A stretch of 64,000 nt of DNA, taken from positions 6,728-70,727 of the IMG/VR virus record IMGVR_UViG_3300045286_000131. One strand, given 5' to 3'. Of this stretch, positions 57,142 through 64,000 are shown one piece after another (position 1 is the first letter of the stretch; every line of letters starts with the position of its first letter). The position numbers and the translations under genes were made by a program. Source of the stretch: a virus. The notes beneath the pieces were generated by a model. That model was not told the origin of the DNA. It did no database searches and saw nothing but the letters and a program-made list of their open reading frames with translations.

Positions 57142-57621
57142 TTATTCGGTTCCCTTGCCGTCGTCCGGTGCGGCCGGCGGAGTCCAGACGAATCCGACAT
57201 CGGATTCTCCTGACGGCCCAAGCGTCCATCCGGCCTGCTTGGCTTCACGATGGACGGCATCGCGCAAGGCAGGCTCGGCGACGGTTGAACCTTCAAGGAC
57301 GACGCCGTAGCGGTTCATCACGATTTGGTTTTGTTGGATTGCCGGGTGCGCCGTTTTGCGGACGGGGTGCTGGTTTAGCGACGGGATGAAAAGAGTTGGG
57401 GTCATACAAATTTTTTTCAGGTGTTCGTAAATTGCGCTGTCACGGTGAATCCAAAGCTTCAGGTCGGTCGCCTTGACGATGGCGCGAAACTCTTCGACTG
57501 TTTTCACCTTGTTCCAGTCAATCACGTCGCGGTTTTCAGAGTCGGTGATTCCGCTCTGGCATTCAGCGCATTCAACTTCCCCTTCGGGGATTTCAGCGCC
57601 GCATTTCCAGCAGGTAGGCAT
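57142..57621 (-). CDS. hypothetical protein with an N-terminal Zn ribbon
   Basis: CWKC..CAEC; may be two fused genes. Confidence 0.5.
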   Translation of the reverse strand: MPTCWKCGAEIPEGEVECAECQSGITDSENRDVIDWNKVKTVEEFRAIVKATDLKLWIHRDSAIYEHLKKICMTPTLFIPSLNQHPVRKTAHPAIQQNQIVMNRYGVVLEGSTVAEPALRDAVHREAKQAGWTLGPSGESDVGFVWTPPAAPDDGKGTE

Positions 57622-57629
57622 AGGTTTTT

Positions 57630-58403
57630 TTAGGGGCTGACAGTTACGGCAAGGTTAGTTGTTGTCCATGTCGTTCCGCCGTCGGTTGAATAATAAAGCG
57701 TGTATGTTGCGGCGTTGGCGTATGCAGAACCGCCCGCACCGATTGAAAGACTTGTATCGCTTGAAATATAAAGACCGGAGCCGGAAAAATTAAAAACATG
57801 GCCGGCACCGTCGTCCAATTTCATCATGTTAATGCCGTTGCCGACAAAACCCGAACCCGCCACCGCAGCCGCAACTGCATCAACCACGCTGGCCGTAGTT
57901 GGGGTTATTTTGGTAAACGTAAGTGATGCCACATTTCCATTTATGGTCGCCATGTTTCGGTAGTCTCCGTTCATCACGGTCACGACGACTGTTCCGGCGG
58001 CGATGGCGGGAGCGACCGCACTCATTGTCTGCGCGTCAATCAACTGCGTTTCAGCGCGCGTGTTTCCGAAGTAAACAAGCGTGCTGCTGTCAAAGTTTGT
58101 GCCGGTGATTTGAACCGTGTCGCCTTGCACAAATGTTGCGGCGACAATGCTGGTCACGGTGACTTGATTTTGAATTTGAGTCGGTGTCTGGTCAATCGCC
58201 TTGCTACCGTCCCAATTCACCAAAGCGCCCTTGAGTTTTTTGTAGGCGAGGGAAGCGACTAGCGCGCTCGGATAGGTGTAGGGGGCAAGGTCGCCCACTT
58301 TTATTTTTCTGGCGTCTCCGCCAAGGTTGTTGTTGATTCCGCCCCAGAGGACGGGGGCGGGCAAGGCAACGATGTCGCCTTGTTCGGTTATTAGGTGTGC
58401 CAT
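57630..58403 (-). CDS. IPT/TIG (Ig-like) domain protein
   Basis: GDTVQITGTNF..VYFG..AP....GTVVVTV. Confidence 0.7.
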   Translation of the reverse strand: MAHLITEQGDIVALPAPVLWGGINNNLGGDARKIKVGDLAPYTYPSALVASLAYKKLKGALVNWDGSKAIDQTPTQIQNQVTVTSIVAATFVQGDTVQITGTNFDSSTLVYFGNTRAETQLIDAQTMSAVAPAIAAGTVVVTVMNGDYRNMATINGNVASLTFTKITPTTASVVDAVAAAVAGSGFVGNGINMMKLDDGAGHVFNFSGSGLYISSDTSLSIGAGGSAYANAATYTLYYSTDGGTTWTTTNLAVTVSP

Positions 58404-58407
58404 AATT

Positions 58408-58818
58408 TTATTTCGTGTTGGTGGTTACGATTGCGGTAAACTCTTCAAAGCTTCTTACAAGGTGGTAGCGATGCCCGTTCATTTCAAGCGCAAGCTGCCA
58501 GCCTTTTTGATCCGTTGTCTGCTTCTTTTTTCCAGCTTTGCATTCGATGTTAAACACCCTTCCAGCGTCGGCGTAAATGATAAAATCAGTGACGCCCTTC
58601 GCCGTCGTGGTCGGCGTATCCATGCGCGAGTGAACAATCGGCCAGCCGCGATACTTGCAATAATTTTCAATCGCCTCATGCAAATCGCCCTCGGCGTCAA
58701 CCGGAGTATGGACACACTCCGGCCCGTCGTTGTCCGGCGGAAGGAACTTTGGGCGCTCCCAGACACCGGGACTGACTTGAACGTAGCCGGCCGCGCGAAG
58801 TGAAATCTCGTCCCTCAT
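58408..58818 (-). CDS. VRR-NUC family nuclease
   Basis: EGDL..AI, KGVTDF, IECKA, QTTDQ..W, VRS. Confidence 0.85.
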   Translation of the reverse strand: MRDEISLRAAGYVQVSPGVWERPKFLPPDNDGPECVHTPVDAEGDLHEAIENYCKYRGWPIVHSRMDTPTTTAKGVTDFIIYADAGRVFNIECKAGKKKQTTDQKGWQLALEMNGHRYHLVRSFEEFTAIVTTNTK

Positions 58819-60269
58819 GGAATGTCCTCCCCGCTGAATTTTGCGCGGCTCTCGAAACGGGTGTATGGCTTCAGGAACGTAAGCCCAACCGTTCCGGTAG
58901 GCCCGTTGCGCTGCTTCGCAATCAGCAAGTCAACGGCCTCGCCGTCTCCGGGGTCGGTTGCCGTAGAATTGCCATCCTCGTCCGCGTCCGGCTTCCAGAG
59001 CATCCCGACAACATCGGCATCCTGCTCCAAGTCGCCGGACTCGCGCAGGTCGGACAACTTCGGTTGCCGGCCCTTGTGCTTTTCCATTTCGCGGTTCAAC
59101 TGGCACAGCGCCACAAGCGGAATGTTCAACTCCTTTGCCAGCGTTTTCAGTCCCTTGGAGATGTCGCCAACCTCAATGCGGCGGTCGCCGCGCGCCTGCT
59201 CGGACGTTGAATGGAGAAGTTGAAGGTAGTCAACAAAGAGCGCCTTGATTCCGTATTGCTGGTGCATCCGGCGGGCGCGGGCGCGCAACTGCATGATGGA
59301 AAGGCCGGACGTGTCATCAATGTAAATCGGGGACGACTTGATTCTCGGCGCGGCGGTTACGAGCTTGGTCATGTCAAAGTCGGTGAACGAGCCGTCGGAA
59401 AGCGAGTGGATGTTCACGCGGCTTACGGAACTGAATTGCCGGATCATCAACTGCTTCGCCGTCATTTCCAGCGAGAAGACGCCGACGGGAACCTTCTGGT
59501 TTATCGCCGCCTCTTCGACCATGCCGCCCATGAGCGCCGTCTTTCCGCATGACGGCCGCGCCGCAATGATTATCAGGTCTGCCGGCTGAAGTCCGTTGGT
59601 CATCTTGTCCAAGTCCGCAAACCCGGTGGCAACCCCGGTCATCTTGCCCTTGTTGTTAAACCGGAACTCGAACTCGTCAATGCACGCCATCGTCAGCGTC
59701 TCCGGCGTTTGAATGCTGCCCCTTGCGCCGTCGTTTCTGACGGACAAAACATTTTTCTCGGCGTCGTCAAGAATCGCCTCAAGCCCGCTGGCGTTCTCGT
59801 AAACCTCGCCGACAATTTCGGAACAGACGCGAATCAGCTTCCTCGCCTTGAATTTTTCCTGAACCTTTTCGAGATAGTAGGAAAGGTTGGCCGCACTTGG
59901 AACCGCGTCCTGCATTTGCGACAGGTAGGCAATGCCGCCAATCTGGTCAAGCTCGTCGCAATCCTTCAGCCAGCTTTGCAGGGTGATTAAATCAATCGGC
60001 TGGCGCATCTCATACATCGCCAGAAGATTTTCAAAAACCGACTGGTGCCGAAGGTCGTAAAAAAACTCAGGCTTGATGCCGGCGGCAATCGCGTCGGCAA
60101 GACAGGTGTTCGGCTCAAGCAGGCAGCATCCAATCACGCCGACTTCCATTTGGATGTCGTGCGGCGGAAGCCGGTCGCAACCCGCTCCGGCGCGGTCGCC
60201 TTTCGGCCGGCGTGACTTCCTCAAGTCCGGCCCGGCTCCGGCGGATTCAGATACGGAAGGAATGCTCAC
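58815..60269 (-). CDS. dnaB: replicative DNA helicase DnaB
   Basis: AARPSCGKT, FSLEM, VDYLQL, QLNR, DLRESGDLEQDAD, KQRNGPTG. Confidence 0.97.
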   Translation of the reverse strand: MSIPSVSESAGAGPDLRKSRRPKGDRAGAGCDRLPPHDIQMEVGVIGCCLLEPNTCLADAIAAGIKPEFFYDLRHQSVFENLLAMYEMRQPIDLITLQSWLKDCDELDQIGGIAYLSQMQDAVPSAANLSYYLEKVQEKFKARKLIRVCSEIVGEVYENASGLEAILDDAEKNVLSVRNDGARGSIQTPETLTMACIDEFEFRFNNKGKMTGVATGFADLDKMTNGLQPADLIIIAARPSCGKTALMGGMVEEAAINQKVPVGVFSLEMTAKQLMIRQFSSVSRVNIHSLSDGSFTDFDMTKLVTAAPRIKSSPIYIDDTSGLSIMQLRARARRMHQQYGIKALFVDYLQLLHSTSEQARGDRRIEVGDISKGLKTLAKELNIPLVALCQLNREMEKHKGRQPKLSDLRESGDLEQDADVVGMLWKPDADEDGNSTATDPGDGEAVDLLIAKQRNGPTGTVGLTFLKPYTRFESRAKFSGEDIP

Positions 60270-60460
60270 TGTCTGCCTCCGATTTTTGCAAGCTGCGCGT
60301 CAAGCGCCGCCAGCGTCACGCTTTCAATCCTGAAAGGCTCTTCGCCTCCGTAGGACTTTGACCGCCCGTTTTCGGGAAGCTGCCGCTTGCCGACGGTCTT
60401 CGTGTTTTCCCTCACGCCGGACGTGCGGACGTGGAGATTTTTTCCGCGCAACGATTTCAT
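60266..60460 (-). CDS. hypothetical protein
   Basis: 64 aa, coupled at both ends. Confidence 0.4.
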   Translation of the reverse strand: MKSLRGKNLHVRTSGVRENTKTVGKRQLPENGRSKSYGGEEPFRIESVTLAALDAQLAKIGGRQ

Positions 60461-61356
60461 ACTTTCCTCCCAAGCTTCGGCCGCAACTCGGCGGCGCGAT
60501 CCATTGCGGTCTTCAGTTTTAACCAAGGCTTGCTGTCCTTCGGGTAGTCGCCAAGCTTGCCCATTTCCCGAATTGTGGCTTCACAGGCCCGCATTTCGTC
60601 CATGAGCAGGGAAATTTTCTGGGCTGGCGACGGCTCTGGCGTCTCAACCGCAACCGGCAGTTCGCGCGCGGCGTAGTAACCGTCGAACTTGGTCTTATTG
60701 AACAGCGTCTCAGGCCGGAGATATTCCTCCATCTTTGTCCCCTTCCAATTTTCACACTGGCGGTCAATCATCATTCGGACTCCGGGCAGGGTGACGCCAG
60801 ACTCTTTCATCCGCTCCTGAATGAACTTCATGTTCGTCTCCGTCTCACGAAAGTTTCTGCCGGTCTTCTGGTTCAAGTATGAAAGCGCCAGCTTGGATTC
60901 AAATTCCAAGGCGGTTGTCTCACCCTCTCTGCTTATGCTTGTAGCATCACTTATGCAATGCTTGTCTCCCCTTTCCTCTTTCCTCTTTCCCTTTCCTTCT
61001 TCTTTGGTTCTTTCTTCTTTGCCCCAGCGCGCATCAGCCGCCTTTTTTGCCCTAATAGAGAACTTGTCGTGGTATCCATTATGCTCGTTCCAGTCGTGGA
61101 TTTTTCCTGATTCATCAACAAATCCAGCATTCTTTAATGCTTGTAGGATGCTTGAAGCATACTTGGAGCATCCAAGAAGCTCTGCTAGTTCTTCGCTTGA
61201 GTAGGCAGACAAGTCGCCATCCGGCTGATTTTCGGCGGCGTAGGCCCATAGGCGCGGTGGAATCCAGTAAGCGTCGGTTCCAATGCTCAGGCGAAGCCTT
61301 ACCGTCTTCCTGTGCGTATAGAATGCCGTTTTAACTCGAATGTAGAGATTGCTCAT
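60457..61356 (-). CDS. phage replication initiator protein
   Basis: N-terminal wHTH (HRKT..L..RLW.YAAE..DG..IHDW); C-terminal YLN.KTG..YLRPETLFN.TKFDGY; upstream of dnaB. Confidence 0.8.
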   Translation of the reverse strand: MSNLYIRVKTAFYTHRKTVRLRLSIGTDAYWIPPRLWAYAAENQPDGDLSAYSSEELAELLGCSKYASSILQALKNAGFVDESGKIHDWNEHNGYHDKFSIRAKKAADARWGKEERTKEEGKGKRKEERGDKHCISDATSISREGETTALEFESKLALSYLNQKTGRNFRETETNMKFIQERMKESGVTLPGVRMMIDRQCENWKGTKMEEYLRPETLFNKTKFDGYYAARELPVAVETPEPSPAQKISLLMDEMRACEATIREMGKLGDYPKDSKPWLKLKTAMDRAAELRPKLGRKV

Positions 61357-61619
61357 GGCGTAAACCATCCCTCCTTAATTCCGGCCTTGCTGTGCATATA
61401 GGCGTGACATGGTTGACAGGCGACAACTAAATCTTCGTCTCGATATTCCCAAAGCTGAATGTTTGGTGTCTGAATTTTATGATGAACCGAAAGCTGGGCT
61501 TTTGTTTTGCCGCAGCGTTTGCACCGTGATCCATTGCGCTTTATGAAGTCGCGCTTAAACCGAATCCACTTTGAGCTTTTGTATGGATTTTTAAGCCTTG
61601 AGTTGTGGTTGGCAAACAT
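61353..61619 (-). CDS. HNH endonuclease
   Basis: CKRCG..LSVHH..LVVACQPCHAYMH. Confidence 0.85.
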   Translation of the reverse strand: MFANHNSRLKNPYKSSKWIRFKRDFIKRNGSRCKRCGKTKAQLSVHHKIQTPNIQLWEYRDEDLVVACQPCHAYMHSKAGIKEGWFTP

Positions 61620-61827
61620 TATTCAACCCTCCAAACTCTAACATCGCCACCCCGCGCCCCAGCGTGGAACCGGGACAAGCCGCACTTCGATGAAGTGCGG
61701 GAAACCCAATGCGCGAGACGACGAGGCGGCGATGTTAAATTTCGATTGTTCATGCTGTTGTTTCGGAGGTTCCAATTCCGGCCGCATTGCTGCGACGTTC
61801 GTATTAAATCAGTATCGTTTCTCTGGG

Positions 61828-62367
61828 TCAATGACTTTCAACTGAATCCAGAAAATCCTGTTTTCTGGCAAAGTATTCCTTCCAAAATTCGTCCGATCCA
61901 CGCTCATGCGCCTCGGCGACAATGTTGGCGATGGTGTGAAGCTGGCGGCTGAATTTTTTATCCAACTCGGCAACCTCTTCGCGTTCGGCCCGCGTCAATC
62001 CCTGCTGCTGGAAAAACGGCACAAACGATTTGCGCGCGTTTTCGGAAACCGTGATCGCCCTGATATTCCAACTGTGGTATCCGAATGCGTTTTCCACGCG
62101 GTCAATCGAAAGACTCAGGCTGGTCTTGCCCTTCAGCCGGCCGTAATCCGTGTCTTTCGCGAACTTGAAATACTCTTCGCGGGTCAGTGTAAAGTCCTTG
62201 CCACGCTCCAAGGCCCGCATCTTCAGCTTGTGGAACGAGTAGGACAGCGGATGCCTTTCGCGCCAGCGCCGCGTCTTGCATTTCGAGCAGTAGCACGAAT
62301 GGCTTGCCGGCGTCGGGATTCCACGGCACCCGCGCGTTTTACAGGAGTTTTTTTTGGCCGCGCGCAT
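61828..62367 (-). CDS. His-Me finger-like nuclease-domain protein
   Basis: Cys-rich N-terminus; SIDRVENAFGY..NIRAI..SEN.RK. Confidence 0.55.
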   Translation of the reverse strand: MRAAKKNSCKTRGCRGIPTPASHSCYCSKCKTRRWRERHPLSYSFHKLKMRALERGKDFTLTREEYFKFAKDTDYGRLKGKTSLSLSIDRVENAFGYHSWNIRAITVSENARKSFVPFFQQQGLTRAEREEVAELDKKFSRQLHTIANIVAEAHERGSDEFWKEYFARKQDFLDSVESH

Positions 62368-62542
62368 GGTCGTAGATTTCGCTGAATGGTAGGATGGTCG
62401 CCGGCTTGCGCGAGAATTTAACCCGCACGGCCAGCCCAAACGGCGTCATTTTGAATTCAACGTCGTCGCCGTCAACCTCGCGGATGATTTTTCCAAACAC
62501 CCGCCGGCATCTTTTCTTCGGCTTGTTAGCTGTGGCATCCAT
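62339..62542 (-). CDS. hypothetical protein
   Basis: 67 aa basic ORF. Confidence 0.5.
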   Translation of the reverse strand: MDATANKPKKRCRRVFGKIIREVDGDDVEFKMTPFGLAVRVKFSRKPATILPFSEIYDHARGQKKLL

Positions 62543-62580
62543 AGTGATAAATTTGTTACCTGAAAGTTCGGTTTTTGCAA

Positions 62581-63786
62581 TTATTCCGCGTCGTCTTTTT
62601 TTGCTTTCACAACCGGCTTCAGTGACGGCGATTTTTCCTCGGTTATGATAACGTCCGCGATTAGCGCACCAAGTTGCGCCTTCGCTTCATCAATGGTCAC
62701 GTTGTTCTTCAGCCGCAAACGGTTCACCAAAAGCTCTTCGAGCGCGCCGATGCTGACGGAGCAAATCGAATGGAACTCAGCTTCACTTACAAGTCCAGCG
62801 CCGCTCAAAATAGTCCAAAGTCCAGAAATCGAACTCACGGAGCGCGTGTGTCCGGTCTTGACACGCTTCAATCCAACCTCGCGCAACTCGTCGTCGGTGA
62901 AATTCTTCAGCCGGCTAGACACCGCCTCAAAAAGATTGGTGGCAACCGTTTTGCGGGACTGAATAAACGCCAGCGCCTCCGGCTTCAGAAGTTTCACCTT
63001 GTCGGTGATTTCGCGCTTTGAAGGAAGCCCAAGCGGTTCGTCGTTTTTTTCTTGGAGCGCCTTCGACAAAACCGCCGGCATCAGACACCAAGCGATGTGT
63101 TCAGGACAAAGGACAGCCGCCTTGCAATACTGGCACCACCATCCCGCGCAGCGCGGAGATTCAAACGTCCGCGCGCGTTGCAGGTAGAACACGATTTCAG
63201 TGTAGGCGCGATCAATGTCTTCCCGGCTGAAATCGCAAGAATCAAAAACTTCGCCGACGCGATGCTGGGCAACGGCAACGCGCGCCTTTTTGAACGGGCC
63301 GAATTGCTGGTCGAGCGCAACCAGTCCAATTTTAAGCTGCCAATTTTCGTTCGACGGAGTTACGCGCTTGAAGCCAGACTTGAAATCCAGCAGCAGACAT
63401 TCGGAGCCGTCGTTTGCAACCAGCGCGAAATCAACCTTTGCCGAAGTCAGCGGCTCAAGCAGCCGGCGATGGTTAATCCAAAACCGTTCCTCGCGAATAG
63501 ACGCAAATTTTTCCAGCGTCTTTCCAATTTCCGAAAGCCATTCTTCAACCGCCGCCGCCTCCATTTTTTGAAGTCGCGCCGCAATGCGTTCCTCGGTAAG
63601 CCCAAGCTCGCTCATGTCGTCGGTTGAAATCGCGTCGTGGATGGCCGTTCCCTGTCCGGCAACATCCGACTCGCGCTCTTCGGGGAGCGTTTTTTTGGCC
63701 TCGCGTTCCGCGTCAACGGAGCCGGGGCAATAAACAACCCGGTGAAATCCGCTGGCGGAAGGCTTGTCGTCGCGTTCGTCAATCAT
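62581..63786 (-). CDS. PD-(D/E)XK (Cas4-like/DUF2800-like) exonuclease
   Basis: SAS..CPGS, GTAIH, KVDF..LLDFKSG, WQL, GWWCQYCKA..CP. Confidence 0.85.
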   Translation of the reverse strand: MIDERDDKPSASGFHRVVYCPGSVDAEREAKKTLPEERESDVAGQGTAIHDAISTDDMSELGLTEERIAARLQKMEAAAVEEWLSEIGKTLEKFASIREERFWINHRRLLEPLTSAKVDFALVANDGSECLLLDFKSGFKRVTPSNENWQLKIGLVALDQQFGPFKKARVAVAQHRVGEVFDSCDFSREDIDRAYTEIVFYLQRARTFESPRCAGWWCQYCKAAVLCPEHIAWCLMPAVLSKALQEKNDEPLGLPSKREITDKVKLLKPEALAFIQSRKTVATNLFEAVSSRLKNFTDDELREVGLKRVKTGHTRSVSSISGLWTILSGAGLVSEAEFHSICSVSIGALEELLVNRLRLKNNVTIDEAKAQLGALIADVIITEEKSPSLKPVVKAKKDDAE

Positions 63787-63835
63787 TTGAAATAGCGCCC
63801 CTGTTCGCGGTAGGGGCCACACCGTTTTGTTTCAG

Positions 63836-64000
63836 TTAAACCGAAACCGGCATTTCCTTGATTTGGGGAAGGGCGTGCTGGAAGTTGGTGATGATGAGTT
63901 CAAGCTTCTGCGCCACAAAGTCATTCAGCGATTGCGCGTTTTTCGAGCAAAGCTTCTGCTTCTTGGCGTAGTTTACAACCTGCCCTTCGGTGACTCCGGC
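63836..64000 (-). CDS. partial CDS (C-terminus only)
   Basis: Open frame AGVTEGQVVNYAKKQKL...MPVSV* running off the window edge. Confidence 0.5.
   Translation of the reverse strand, partial: AGVTEGQVVNYAKKQKLCSKNAQSLNDFVAQKLELIITNFQHALPQIKEMPVSV

Noticed and set aside
43117-57621. Further attC sites among the small early genes
   Set aside because: By eye I found no AAC..GTT arms with the two extrahelical bases; a covariance-model scan is needed to be sure
61640-61735. tRNA gene
   Set aside because: A T-loop-like GGTTCCA is present, but there is no 7-nt anticodon loop or proper acceptor/D arms
62581-63786. Cas4-like nuclease as part of a CRISPR system
   Set aside because: No repeats or other cas genes; it sits in a typical phage recombination/replication context
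1-64000. Alternative genetic code, DGR or retron
   Set aside because: Long ORFs are intact in code 11 with all three stops used; no reverse transcriptase or TR/VR pair was seen

Overview
The whole window is a tailed dsDNA phage genome segment, probably podovirus-like because it has no tape-measure gene and has nozzle- and ejection-type genes. I inferred a Verrucomicrobia-like host from signal-peptide style only. The + strand (about 1-43 kb) carries a lysis-like block (holin, beta-barrel-like protein, patatin), portal, scaffold and capsid genes, a tail block and two giant multidomain ('polyvalent', DarB-like) virion proteins. The large terminase is the one gene on the - strand in this half. 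The - strand (about 43-64 kb) carries early genes and a replication block (initiator, DnaB, VRR-NUC, PolX-like, PD-(D/E)XK). The standout feature is a complete phage-borne integron at 10.8-13.8 kb: an intact IntI-type integrase, a putative attI and three attC-bounded cassettes (PAPS-reductase-like, DNA methyltransferase, DUF551-like). Unlike classical integrons, all cassette ORFs run antisense to their attC and co-directional with intI. Each start codon lies inside the cassette's own attC, and each stop codon is supplied, always in the same frame, by the neighbouring att site. All protein calls come from motif recognition by eye; no database searches were run.
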